Positions 1 to 10,578 of a stretch of 64,000 bases of DNA are shown in pieces (the first letter of the stretch is position 1; each line of letters opens with the position of its first letter). The translations under genes were made by a program, and so were the position numbers. Location: assembly GCA_963769935.1 (NCBI GenBank), contig CAVYNY010000012.1:1-64000 (forward strand), given 5' to 3'. The notes beneath the pieces are model-generated. The model did no database searches and was not told where the DNA came from. It was given only the letters and a program-made list of their open reading frames with translations. The stretch is from an uncultured delta proteobacterium. GTDB lineage: Bacteria > Desulfobacterota > Desulfobacteria > Desulfobacterales > JAFDCJ01.

Positions 1-38
1 TTGAACTGGAGGGCGAAACGACGGTCGAGGGGCAATGG

Positions 39-356
39 GTGGACCGCATCGTCGGGCTCGACGGTGTCCGAAGCGACATCGCCATGATGCGGACGCCTGA
101 CGGCCACGGTCGACTTGAGCTGTCGAAGTTCCAAAGGCCAACTGCGTCCAACGTCGAGCTGAACGCACAGGTGAACACGTTGGGTATACGTCGTATCATG
201 TTCACCGTTGAGGATATCAATGAAGTTCTTGCTCGCCTGCAGGCCCTTGGTGCTGAACTTGTTGGAGAGATCGTTCAATACGAAGATATGTACCTGCTCT
301 GTTACGTTCGTGGTCCTGAAGGCATTCTCATTGCTCTGGCTGAGCAGCTCCGCTAA
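39..356 (+). CDS. VOC/glyoxalase family protein (N-terminus probably upstream of window)
   Basis: LELSKF, GIRRIMFTVEDI and YVRGPEGILIALAE motifs; frame is open to the window start. Confidence 0.85.
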   Translation: MDRIVGLDGVRSDIAMMRTPDGHGRLELSKFQRPTASNVELNAQVNTLGIRRIMFTVEDINEVLARLQALGAELVGEIVQYEDMYLLCYVRGPEGILIALAEQLR

Positions 357-512
357 AGCCCATGTCCCTCATCGCGTTTTTTGCCGGAGCCGTCTAACGC
401 TCGACCCGACTGCGCACTCCACATGGCGGCGGGCAAACCTGCGACCACCCATCGTTCTCGCGGATAAGCACCGCGTCGGGATAAACTAAATTTAAAATAA
501 GGACCTAAAATT

Positions 513-1124
513 ATGAGAAAAATTATTGTCATAGAATTCATTACACTAGACGGCGTGATACAGGCACCTGGAGGTTCCGAGGAAGATACAATGGAAGGCT
601 TCAAATATGGCGGGTGGATGGGTCCCTACATGGACGACTTATTGGGCAAAGTGATGGAAGCGCAGATGTCGTTAGAGCGATCTGAGCTTCTTCTTGGCAG
701 GGAGACATACGACATCTTCGCAGGATACTGGCCGCACCACGCTGCTGGTTGGCCCGGCATCAACGAAGTAAAAAAGTATGTTGCTTCTCACGACGCATCG
801 CTCAAGCTTGATTGGGAGAATTCCGTGCTTCTTTCCGGCGATGTTGCCGAAAAGGTGCAGAAACTAAAAAGTGAGAACGGTCCAGACCTGCACGTTTGGG
901 GAAGCGGCAATTTGATACAGACGCTCTTGAAGCACGATTTGGTCGATGAATTGTGGCTCAAAATTTTCCCTATAACGCTCGGCCCGGGCAAACGTTTGTT
1001 TGCCGAAGGCACGATTGCGTCAGCTTTCAAATTAACCGGCAGCAAAGTTTCACCACTCGGCGTTATTGTTACTGATTACAAGCGTGCCGGTGAAGTGAAG
1101 ACAGGAGGCATGGATCATGCGTAA
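513..1124 (+). CDS. Dihydrofolate reductase / RibD C-terminal domain family protein
   Basis: MRKIIVIEFITLDGVIQAPG, LLLGRETY, GSGNLIQTL, LVDELWLKIFPITLGPGKRLF. Confidence 0.9.
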   Translation: MRKIIVIEFITLDGVIQAPGGSEEDTMEGFKYGGWMGPYMDDLLGKVMEAQMSLERSELLLGRETYDIFAGYWPHHAAGWPGINEVKKYVASHDASLKLDWENSVLLSGDVAEKVQKLKSENGPDLHVWGSGNLIQTLLKHDLVDELWLKIFPITLGPGKRLFAEGTIASAFKLTGSKVSPLGVIVTDYKRAGEVKTGGMDHA

Positions 1125-1662
1125 ACTCATCATGTGGAATCTCATGACGCTCGACGGTTGCTTCGAAGGGGCGAACCACGACATCGACTGGCACGAGGAC
1201 GTCTGGGGCGACGAGCTCGAGCAGCTCTCGATCGAACAGTGCCGCGCGGCGGGCGCGCTTCTTTTCGGCCGCGTCACCTACGAGTTGATGGCGAATTACT
1301 GGCCGTCGGCCAAGGGTGAGATCGCTGACCTCATGAATGACCTGCCCAAGATCGTCGCTTCGCGTACGATGGAGAAGGCCGACTGGCACAACACGCAGCT
1401 CATCCGCGAGAACGTGCCGGAGGAGATCTCGCGGCTGAAGGCTGAATCCGGCAAGGACATCTTAATATTCGGCAGCGCTGATCTTTCGGCCGACCTTATC
1501 CCGCACGGCCTCATCGACGAGTTCCGCGTCTGCCTCGTGCCGACGGTCCTCGGCGGCGGCACCCCCCTGTTCAAGGCAAGCCCGAAGCGTCTGAAGCTGC
1601 GGCTCATAGACGCGCGGCCTCTCCAGACGGGCGCCGTTATCCTGCGCTATCAGCCGACATGA
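1117..1662 (+). CDS. Dihydrofolate reductase / RibD C-terminal domain family protein
   Basis: MTLDGCF, LLFGRVTYE, LIDEFRVCLVPTVLGGGTPLF; visibly more GC-rich than its neighbour. Confidence 0.9.
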   Translation: MRKLIMWNLMTLDGCFEGANHDIDWHEDVWGDELEQLSIEQCRAAGALLFGRVTYELMANYWPSAKGEIADLMNDLPKIVASRTMEKADWHNTQLIRENVPEEISRLKAESGKDILIFGSADLSADLIPHGLIDEFRVCLVPTVLGGGTPLFKASPKRLKLRLIDARPLQTGAVILRYQPT

Positions 1663-1750
1663 CGCGCTGAGGCCACGGGCGTAGCATTCTGGAAAGCGGG
1701 TGGTACGACTAACCACCTGCAGTTGATGCGATCGACAATTCAAAATAGTT

Positions 1751-1894
1751 GAAAATGGCGGTGCAGCGGACGTCAACTTCATACTAGATCTTGGTTTTAT
1801 GTATAATCGAAACCTGGCGGACCCCGATGGCCATGTCTGGGAGACCATGTGGATGGATCCGACAGCGATTCCCTCGGAGGCTCAGACTGCTTAA
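1751..1894 (+). pseudogene. C-terminal fragment of a glyoxalase/VOC protein
   Basis: Manual translation ENGGAADVNFILDLGFMYNRNLADPDGHVWETMWMDP...; no start codon or N-terminus. Confidence 0.7.
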
Positions 1895-1974
1895 AGACGC
1901 GACAAGTTGCGCAACATCGGCGCATGCACATATTTAATTTGGCCGTTCGCGAAACATGTATCAGGGAGGAAAAT

Positions 1975-2454
1975 ATGCAAAAGATAACGCCATGCCTTTG
2001 GTTTAACGGTGATGCAGAAGATGCTGCGTCGTTTTACGTGACCCTGCTTCCGAATTCTCGAATCGATCGGGTCTTCCATTCGCCCGCGGATACCCCCAGC
2101 GGTCCGGCCGGCTCGGTCCTTACCGTCGAATTCACGCTGGCAGGGATGCAGTATCTCGGGCTGAATGGTGGCCCTGAGTTCAAATTCAACGAAGCGGTGT
2201 CCTTTCAAATCCATTGTGACGATCAGAAGGAGGTCGATCGGCTATGGGCAAGTCTGCTCGATGGCGGGACAGAGATTGAATGCGGTTGGATCAAGGACCG
2301 ATGGGGACTGGCTTGGCAGATAGTGCCGGTTCGATTGGAGGAATTGCTCAGAGACCCTGACCCAGAACGGGCGCGAAGAGCGATGAAAGCGATGATGAAT
2401 ATGGTCAAGATCGATATTGCAGCCCTTGAGCAGGCAGCAAACGGCTCGGACTGA
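1975..2454 (+). CDS. VOC family protein (3-demethylubiquinone-9 3-methyltransferase-like / PhnB-like)
   Basis: MQKITPCLWF, LNGGPEFKFNEAVSF, CGWIKDRWGLAWQIVP; GGAGGA RBS before ATG 1975. Confidence 0.9.
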   Translation: MQKITPCLWFNGDAEDAASFYVTLLPNSRIDRVFHSPADTPSGPAGSVLTVEFTLAGMQYLGLNGGPEFKFNEAVSFQIHCDDQKEVDRLWASLLDGGTEIECGWIKDRWGLAWQIVPVRLEELLRDPDPERARRAMKAMMNMVKIDIAALEQAANGSD

Positions 2455-2539
2455 CATTCGCGTTTATCCGATCACTTGTGTGCAGACAGCTGAACAAGAA
2501 GATTGAACTGCGACCTTCGGTTGAGTGAGGGGCAAAAAT

Positions 2540-3094
2540 ATGGCAGTGGAATCAATCTTATGGCAACGCCTCGACTCACCGGGGCATGATGCCTGCATCA
2601 TCAACCAAAACGCTACCGGATGGAAGTTGAGCGGTAGCGCCGTCTTCCTGCATGACGGGAATCCGGCTATGCTGGCTTATAAGGTTGTTTGTGATGCGGA
2701 TTGGCGGACGCTATATGGGCAGGTGGAGGGTTGGCTCGGAAAGCGACAAGTCACCTTTCGTATTGCCCGAACGAAGGCTGATTCGTGGCAACTGAATGAT
2801 TTTGTCGTACCGAACCTTGAAACCTGTATCGATCTCGATCTGGGCTTCACTCCGGCAACAAACCTGATGCCACTTCGTCGATTAGATCTGGCAGAGGGTC
2901 AGGCAGCAGACGTTCCTGCAGCCTGGCTTAACGTCTCGGCGGGTACGCTCACGCTCCTTCGTCAACACTACGCCCGCAGATCAGAGGCGACCTATTTGTA
3001 CGAAGCACCGATAGTTCACTATGCGGCTGTGTTGACGGTGAATCAGTTCGGCTTCGTCATCCGGTACCCTGGCTTGTGGGAAGCGGCGACTTAA
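2540..3094 (+). CDS. Putative glycolipid-binding domain protein (DUF1089-like)
   Basis: ILWQRLDSPGHDAC, CIDLDLGFTPATNLMPLRRL, GFVIRYPGLWE. Confidence 0.8.
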   Translation: MAVESILWQRLDSPGHDACIINQNATGWKLSGSAVFLHDGNPAMLAYKVVCDADWRTLYGQVEGWLGKRQVTFRIARTKADSWQLNDFVVPNLETCIDLDLGFTPATNLMPLRRLDLAEGQAADVPAAWLNVSAGTLTLLRQHYARRSEATYLYEAPIVHYAAVLTVNQFGFVIRYPGLWEAAT

Positions 3095-3109
3095 CCACGA
3101 CAAGACGAC

Positions 3110-3172
3110 TGCTCAACAAGCGGTTTCGCAAAAGATCGTTCGTGCCTCGTGACTTTTGACCGCAACGTTACA
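3110..3172 (+). other. Degenerate attC-like recombination site
   Basis: GCTCAAC-AAGCGGT...CAAAAG...CTTTTG-ACCGC-AAC-GTTACAA: inverse-core/core-like ends with paired internal arms, directly after a stop codon. Confidence 0.45.
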
Positions 3173-3326
3173 AATTAAGATGTATCTATATAATAGTTTA
3201 GTCCCTATCAAAGCAAGCAAATTTTGATTTGCAGAGCCAAGAGGGCAAGCCAGTTGCAGGAAAATCAAGCTGCCTTGATCGGTATCATTAACCGCGGCCG
3301 TTGTACAAGGCTGTCTGAATTTCGCC

Positions 3327-3522
3327 CGGGATGCGGCGATTTATCTTTGCAGGGAACTGACGGGAGGGACCAGCGTCGCCCTGGGCCGACGATTCCACAT
3401 CTGCGGAGCTGGAATCGCGGCTCGGCATGGCCGGATCGCGAAAAAACTTGAGACGGATCGCAAGCCTAAAAAGCGGAGCATCGATTCAGAAGGAAAATAC
3501 TTAATATTTGAGATGCGACCCC
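3327..3522 (+). mobile_element. 3' remnant of HUH/RAYT-like transposase with C-terminal HTH, ending in GATGCGACCCC
   Basis: Translation RDAAIYLCRELTGGTSVALGRRFHICGAGIAARHGRIAKKLETDRK resembles the C-terminal DnaA-like HTH of RAYT-class transposases; terminal GACCCC motif follows. Confidence 0.55.
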
Positions 3523-3661
3523 GATGTCTCCTTGAAGACCGCCCTGCAAAGGAAAATCCAAAGGCAATCCGGATTCATGTGGTAGTGTAGGTCTGTTAAA
3601 AATGTACCATCAGTTCTTCCTTACGTTCCCAGTGAAAAAAATCTCTCGACAACGTTGAATA

Positions 3662-3724
3662 TTGACAGATTGTATGTAAATGGTTACTATGACTACATTC
3701 TGAACATAACTACTATGACCACAT
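3662..3724 (+). promoter_or_regulatory. sigma70 promoter with direct-repeat operator of Phd-VapC TA operon
   Basis: TTGACA(3662)-17 nt-TACTAT(3685); repeats TACTATGACTACAT (3685) and TACTATGACCACAT (3711). Confidence 0.75.
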
Positions 3725-3737
3725 AAAGAGGTTCATC

Positions 3738-4031
3738 ATGCAATCAGCAAGTGTTGGCATCCGGGATGCCAAAATGCATCTCAGTAAATACATAAAAATG
3801 GTACAAAAGGGCACCGAAGTCATTATAACCGATCGTGGGCGGCCGGTCGGGAAAATTGTTCCCATTCAAAATGAGGATCGGACCTTGGAAGAACGTATCA
3901 AGGTGTTGGAAGATCAAGGGCTAATTGAAAAAAAATCCACGAAGCGTCAGATGAAAATTCCAGCGCCAATTCCCGTCTCTGACAACATTGCCCAAAAATT
4001 CCTCCAGGAAGACAGAGATTATGACCAATAA
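3738..4031 (+). CDS. Phd/YefM family antitoxin
   Basis: VGIRDAKMHLSKYIKMVQKGTEVIITDRGRPVGKIVP. Confidence 0.9.
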   Translation: MQSASVGIRDAKMHLSKYIKMVQKGTEVIITDRGRPVGKIVPIQNEDRTLEERIKVLEDQGLIEKKSTKRQMKIPAPIPVSDNIAQKFLQEDRDYDQ

Positions 4032-4440
4032 TGCGCTATTAATCTACTGGGATTCATCAGCTATCCTTTCGGCACTTTTTTCGGATATCCATAGTAATGC
4101 AGCAAAAAAACGGGCCGACGAAACGGGACTTCATTTTATTTCCTCACTGGCCTATGCTGAAGTCAGTGCTGTCATTGCAAGGATGAAAAGAGAACGCATA
4201 TTGGTCGAAACTCTTGTAAATGCCGCTTTTGAAGCTTTAGATCAGGGACCATGGCGCCGAATATACACCTGGCCCGAATGGGAGATCGTGCGTGCTCTAT
4301 CTGCCAAATGGCCGCTAAGGGGAGCAGATTTGTGGCATCTTGCCGCCGCCGCTACATTGCGTAAAGAATTCCATGAATTGAGGTTTCTTACTTTTGATCA
4401 ACGGCTAAAAAAGGCTGCTGCCGGAGAAGCCCTTTTGTGA
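4021..4440 (+). CDS. VapC/PIN domain toxin
   Basis: IYWDSSAIL, LRGADLWHLAAA, FLTFDQRL; overlaps antitoxin. Confidence 0.9.
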   Translation: MTNNALLIYWDSSAILSALFSDIHSNAAKKRADETGLHFISSLAYAEVSAVIARMKRERILVETLVNAAFEALDQGPWRRIYTWPEWEIVRALSAKWPLRGADLWHLAAAATLRKEFHELRFLTFDQRLKKAAAGEALL

Positions 4441-5115
4441 AGAGAATCCTTAATCATCCGGACAGCGAAATCTGGCTATATTGTCAGCATTGATTTGTTG
4501 TGCCGGTATCGAAATTTTAAGCCAATTCGCGCATAGATCACCGTTTCGTCTTAGGCTAGATTTATTTATGGGCTTGTCCTCGCTTTCATCGAGCTGTTGA
4601 ACATAGCAGAGGGACATGAGATCTTTTGAGGATCACAGGTTAACAGCAAACTAGTTTGTGGCTCATGAATTCTAAAATATGATCCACAAAATAGTTTGCA
4701 TCTATTTCACGAGCCACAACAAATCTAGCTGCAAGAATTTGTAGCGTGATTGCAGGAGAGGCTAACAAATGGATGATACAGATGAACGAGAAGGCCGGCT
4801 TGAAGCTGCGGATTCGCAATGATTACAAATTGCTATGTAAAGCCTATCTATCTGGAGCAGTCAAAAGTAAACAACGGACAATTTATCCCATGAAATTCAT
4901 GCATATGACAGCGAAGCGTATTTCATTAGGACTAACAATAAGCCACTGACCGCGCAGCTTATAGATCGAATATATAAAAGAAGGCCAGGTAAAATACGGC
5001 AAGCGCAGCCGGAAAAATTGAAAAAAATAAAGGGAAGCTTTGGAGGCTGGACGAATAAGATCAGAGTTAGTCAACTAAATCAACCCCAAGCTAGAAATTT
5101 TAAGGAGGAGTTCCT

Positions 5116-5379
5116 ATGCCGAACGGCGGACACATATCATGCGACAATTGCACGTACAGCCAATTTACCCCTGGAAAGTGCGATATTTTTGGAATTAAAA
5201 TCAGCCCATTCATTATTTGTCGTTCTTTTAGAATGCCAAAGCAGTCTCATAGCAAAGCAAGAGACCAATATCCCTTTTTGAATCAGCTGGAACCAGGAAT
5301 CGTATATTCCATCGATAATGATGTTTTGAGCCAGGGAAATCCACAACCGATCTACAAAATTGTCAAATATTTAAATTAG
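5116..5379 (+). CDS. Small Cys-containing hypothetical protein
   Basis: AGGAGGAG RBS; CxxC...C...C pattern. Confidence 0.55.
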   Translation: MPNGGHISCDNCTYSQFTPGKCDIFGIKISPFIICRSFRMPKQSHSKARDQYPFLNQLEPGIVYSIDNDVLSQGNPQPIYKIVKYLN

Positions 5380-5718
5380 CTGGCTGGTCAAATATAGAAA
5401 TGGATTTGATGCTGACGCTGAGGATTCAGGTTCCGACCATAGGTAATTTCTGAATCGCGGTATTATTTTGGCGTTATCTTTGACCGGATATGTCAATCGA
5501 TAATGATATATTAATTGCATGAAAATTGAACATGTAAAGGAGGTTGGTTTTTTGAAATAGAATAATTTTTCCCCCAATTAGGTGCTTGTTGAAAGCCTCG
5601 GAAATGTCATGGAAACATCGAGATCGACGGCCCTTCCGGGATCCTCTTATGGTGGTTAAGGGGGTGCATCAGACGATGCGCTTTTATTGGAATCCCATTA
5701 ATAACTCAGGGGGGGAAA

Positions 5719-6339
5719 ATGATAATTCATATTGATGCCGGCTTGGATTTAGTCAGTAAAAGTATTTTTTCGCACCGGAATACGGTCGTATTTGATAGGT
5801 TCAATCTGGTACAAAACAGGGAGGGCAACAAACCGTTAAGTAATGTCGATTTGGTTAAGTTCTTTAGAAAGGCCATCGATGGCATTTTAGATTACAACGG
5901 AGAGTATCCTGACAATTTTCAAACCGATAATGAGTACATTGTGTTTTCGCGGTCTCTGATGCAAGGGATGCTTATACAATGGAACGAAGAATATGTTGCC
6001 GGCAAACAAGCAGAATACTCATTTAATTCGAGGGCTTCGAGATGCATCGAAATTTTAAAGTTTTTCCCCCGCATAAGCTGGCAGAACGAAATAAGCTTTA
6101 TAGTTAATGAAAGTGCCGGATTTCCAGAGCGTTATTCCGATGAACTTTTAAAATATATAGATTCGTTAATGGAATTTTATGACTTGAAAGGAGTTATTGA
6201 TCCTGAAAATATTATTTACGCCTATAATCCCGCTGAAATTCCAATTGAGCATTCAAGATGGCACGATGATTGGAAAATAGTTTTTGTGCAGAACGTCCTT
6301 GAGACCTTGTATCCATGGCATATTTTAGAGGTCTATTGA
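5719..6339 (+). CDS. Hypothetical protein
   Basis: 206-aa ORF with G-rich RBS; no recognised motif. Confidence 0.6.
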   Translation: MIIHIDAGLDLVSKSIFSHRNTVVFDRFNLVQNREGNKPLSNVDLVKFFRKAIDGILDYNGEYPDNFQTDNEYIVFSRSLMQGMLIQWNEEYVAGKQAEYSFNSRASRCIEILKFFPRISWQNEISFIVNESAGFPERYSDELLKYIDSLMEFYDLKGVIDPENIIYAYNPAEIPIEHSRWHDDWKIVFVQNVLETLYPWHILEVY

Positions 6340-6998
6340 TCTAAATTTCAGCGCTGATTTTTTTCAGCGCTGAAATTTATTTAGTTCCGGGCGCAAAATG
6401 CCGAAGGTCTTAGGAATGAGATTTTTGGTTCTCAAACCGATTAAGATGAAAAATATGGGTAATGCTGCGCTTAGGCAGTTAAGGGATGTATTAAAATTTG
6501 AAGTACAGCCGCCTGCGGGTATCAGACAGGCTATGGGAAAGTCATACAATGGCTGGACGGAAAAAGGAACAAAGGTAACCCTCTGTCCGATACAACATTT
6601 GTCATATCCTCCTAAGCCGGAGCTAAAAAAGGCTGTCGCCAAGCAAATTAAAAAAGCTCTGACAAGATGCGGCAAGCAGGATGAATTTATATGATTTTCA
6701 CGATAATTGCAGACGGGTTTGAATAATCAAAATCTGCCGGCATATTCTAAAAGAACAATAGGACTTGAACGCCCTTTAGAGGAGGATAAACCTCTGGCGC
6801 ATTCAAATTGAAAACAGTAACCGATCATTAGGTATTTTTACTCAATCAATTTGAATATTTCTACGCATTGAAAAGTGCACAGAATTCGTTTATAATAAAT
6901 TCAATTATCACCAAACCCAACCAAGGACAGCGAGCGCAACTCATGCGGAGCAATAAACCGGATCACCAGACGGCCGCACACGCCTCAAGCCTTAACAT

Positions 6999-7033
6999 AT
7001 CCCGCTTCTCAGATCTGAAAGCGGGATTTTTTA
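6999..7033 (+). terminator. Rho-independent terminator-like hairpin
   Basis: ATCCCGCTT...AAGCGGGAT followed by a T-run. Confidence 0.55.
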
Positions 7034-7122
7034 TTTTGCAGTCCACATATCATCCTTAGCAAAATCAATAATTCAGCTGACATTTGTATAAATCAAGCGG
7101 ACACCGTATACCTTGAAAGATT

Positions 7123-7149
7123 TAATCAAATTTAATAAATTGCCGATAT
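7123..7149 (+). promoter_or_regulatory. sigma28 (FliA)-like promoter upstream of helicase fusion
   Basis: TAAT-15 nt-GCCGATAT versus consensus TAAA-N15-GCCGATAA. Confidence 0.5.
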
Positions 7150-7228
7150 TCTCTATTTGGTTCCGAATTTAGCAACAGCCAAGACTCATCAAAAAGATTT
7201 TCGCCACATTTAATGGAGGTACCGGGTA

Positions 7229-9674
7229 TTGGATCTCAATGCTGAGCAGAAAAAAATCGCGGTGCAGGAGCCCAAAGGTCATTTCCTGCTGAAAGGCGTT
7301 GCCGGGTCCGGCAAGACCTCCGTTGGCATTTATCGTATCGCATTCCTTCTAAACAACTATTGTTTCGCCAAGGACGACGCCATCCTGGTAGCAACCTACA
7401 ATAAAACCCTCATTGGGTATATGAATTACTTGTACAGCAAGCTGGACAGCAAGGAACTGGCGGCACTAAAATCCTTGTTTGCAGCTCCGGATGAAAAAGT
7501 CGATATCTGCACCGTAGACAGTTTGATGCGTTCATACTACCGGGACTATTTGAGCCGGGATATGCTGAAATTTGAGCTCAACCCTCCGAAAGGAATAAGT
7601 TACGAAATCATCAGTGAAGGCGTATCCAAGCTTAAAAAGCGGTACCCGGAAGTATCCGTCCTGAACCAGAAGAATACACGCTTCCTATTGAACGAAATCC
7701 AATGGATCAAGGACTGCCTGTATCTGGAGGAGGAGGAATATCAGAGCGTCGATCGGATCGGCAGGGTAAAAACCCAAAGCGAAAACACCCCCCAGCGTCT
7801 TGCCAAGAATTCCGAAACACGCAAGGCCATCTATGAACTCATGCTGTTCTATGACGACGCGCTCCGCAAACGGGAGTATGTGACATTTCAGGAAATGCGA
7901 ATCCTCGCATTGAGGCAGGCGGAACAACATCCCAAACAAAAATACAGCCATATAATTGTGGATGAGAGCCAGGATCTGACGCGGGCTCAACTTCTGTTTT
8001 TAAATCAGATTTACAATCAGAAGGATTATTCCAGTTTTGTTTTTATTGCCGACACTGCCCAGAGCATCTACGGCCAAAGCTGGCTGGGAACCGGCCACAG
8101 TTTCGCCAGCATCGGTTTTAAAATGGGCGGCCGCAGCCACTCGCTGAGTAAAAATTTCCGTACCACCACCCAGATTTCACAAGCCGCATACAGCCTGATC
8201 GAAGATTGTCCTGAAATCGTCGAGGATGAAAATTTTGTGAAGCCGTCTTTGATTGACAAACAGGGGCAGTATCCTGTTTTCAAAGGCTTTCCCGATGAAA
8301 CAACTCAGGCTGATTTTATCTGCCGCGAAATCAAACAACTTCTTGAGTCCAATCAAGAAAAAGACATCGCCATTATAGCTCGATTTAATAACCAGCTGGA
8401 GAGTGTCAAGCCCTTACTCGAATCCACCGGATTGAAGTGTTCTTTTTTCAAGGATAAGGAGACCGCATTTGAATCCGACACTATCAAGCTGATCACCATG
8501 CATTCGATCAAAGGTCTAGAATTTCGGATTGTTTTCATCATCGGGTTGGATGATCGGGTATTGCCCTATTATTCCACAGCTGACGCGGAAACAAGAAAGG
8601 ATGAGGAGGTTCAGGAAAGGCGTCTTCTTTATGTCGGCATGACTCGGGCTACGGAAACACTTTATGTTCTGAGCAGTTCATCACCTTCAAAGTTTTTAAA
8701 TGACATCAATCCCAAATTTTTAAGAATGGATCGGCAGACACGGATATCTCGGTTTTACAACATTTCGACCGCTGATTATCGATTCAAGGATAAAATTACC
8801 AACATTCATACCGCCGAGGAAAAGATCCGGCAGTGGATGATATACGAGCTGATAGGCACCTACAACTATCCGATGAGCTGCATTACCGTTGAATATCCGA
8901 TAAAAGAATTCTCACGCAAAGGATTTGTGGATATTGCCGTCCAGATTTATGATCAAGGGTCACCTCGTTCCGTTTATTTTTATGGAGACAAAGAGCCCCG
9001 GGCACAGTATGGACGATGGCCTGGACCAGCTGAAGAGCTACATGAGCCATTGCAAGGTCTGCCGGTACGGCCTAGTGACCAACGGAAATGATGTTAAGGT
9101 AATCGACCACGAGTTTAAACCGCTAAATGATATCCCGAAATTCAAAAGCACCTGGCTTTCAGCCTCCTTAAGGAATTACAGCTATTTGAATTTTAAAACC
9201 AGTCGCAGATACAACCTGGCAATTGACGAAAACGATCCAAGCTCTTTAGAGGTCTCAAGCGAAAATGGCAGCCTGCTTGTCGAACAGCATAACATGATCA
9301 GCCTGCCGGTGTATGACAAAATCGCCGCCGGCGACCCCCTGGAGATGAACCCTCTTTTGGAAGACACTTTTTATTTCCCGAAAGAATGGCATCGCGGCGC
9401 CGAGTATTTCATCTTAAAAATCAAGGGCGACAGTATGCGCAATGCCGGCATCGAAGACAATGACTATGTCGTCATCCGTTCCCAGACCACTGCTGAAAAT
9501 CTGGATATCATCGTCGCAGCGATTGATAACAGTGCCACGCTGAAAAGATTCAGCCGGATGGGAAACAATATTCTATTGCTGGCAGAAAACCCCAAATATG
9601 ACCCAATTATGCTAAATGAAGATCAGGTGGTGATTTTGGGTGTAGCTGTTGGACTATTGAAACAGAGCTGTTGA
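7229..9674 (+). CDS. UvrD-like SF1 helicase + HsdR N-terminal-type PD-(D/E)xK nuclease + LexA-type S24 peptidase fusion (about 814 aa; 1-nt frameshift near 8958)
   Basis: GVAGSGKT, IIVDESQD, ERRLLYVGMTRA; EEKIRQW...VDIAV...PFIFMETK...QLKSYM...LVTNG; KIAAGDP, KGDSM, ATLKRF. Removing one G of AGGGT joins ORFs 7229 and 8925. Confidence 0.85.
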
Positions 9675-9831
9675 GATCTAAAAAGAGAATGCTTGATTGG
9701 TTTTTATAAAATTTTTAAAGAGTGGAAAACATACAAGTATCAGGTGCAAATTATTAAATTTAGTCAACTCGGTCAACAAAGTCCCATGGTTTCTTTATTA
9801 AGATTAACGGACTCATTCAACGATACGAAAA

Positions 9832-10416
9832 ATGAGTGAAAGTAAAAGCGATAAAATTGAATTTGTTTCCAAAGTAATTGGACTGGTAATTGTATGCAGC
9901 GGAATCGTTGCTTCAATGAGCATCGTCTACCTTCTTATATTCCCCGGAACCGATTACGGCCAGCTGCAACAAATTAGTTTAAAAGCTCCATTCGGTGGAA
10001 GAGAAATTAATAATGCGCTTTATGCTATGTTTCAAATTGAAAGACAGATGTATTTTAAGGCGCTTATTTTAAGTCTTCTCCCCATTCCTTTTGGAATGTA
10101 TCTGATGAGTTCGAACAATATATTTGTTAGATTCTGCTACCCGGAAGTAGGGGACGATATCCGCGGCACGCTGTTTGACCCCAACTATGCCGATATACAA
10201 GTGGAGGATGGCCTTAGCAAAGATGAAATAAGCTCCGAAGATGGAATCGGCTATGGCAGATGCCCCGCATGCAATGCTGATATAATCAGGCGGAAAGTGG
10301 AGCATGGCAAGCATGTTGGCAAATATTTTCTATCCTGCTCAAATTTCCCTAAATGCAAGCAAGTATTCCCATATAAGAACCGGAAAAACGAGGCAGAGCA
10401 ACCATTTAGATTATGA
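9832..10416 (+). CDS. Membrane protein with C-terminal topoisomerase-type C4 zinc finger
   Basis: Two hydrophobic segments; CPACNA...GKYFLSCSNFPKCK. Confidence 0.75.
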   Translation: MSESKSDKIEFVSKVIGLVIVCSGIVASMSIVYLLIFPGTDYGQLQQISLKAPFGGREINNALYAMFQIERQMYFKALILSLLPIPFGMYLMSSNNIFVRFCYPEVGDDIRGTLFDPNYADIQVEDGLSKDEISSEDGIGYGRCPACNADIIRRKVEHGKHVGKYFLSCSNFPKCKQVFPYKNRKNEAEQPFRL

Positions 10417-10578
10417 TTTTCAAGTATAGGTTAAGCTTTGGAGCCTGGGCGTTAAAGGATCAGAGATAGTCAACTCAGTCAATACCGAGTTTCCCATAGG
10501 CTTAACAGCAACATGAGTAAGATAAAAAATTAATCCCTTCGGATAATAGATAAAAGGCAAGAGAAGGATGCGACCAGT

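Noticed and set aside
1849..1974. Upstream extension of the VOC ORF
   Set aside because: True start is ATG 1975 with RBS; the extension overlaps a glyoxalase fragment.
8925..9674. Stand-alone lexA gene
   Set aside because: No N-terminal HTH; it continues the nuclease domain of the upstream ORF across a frameshift.
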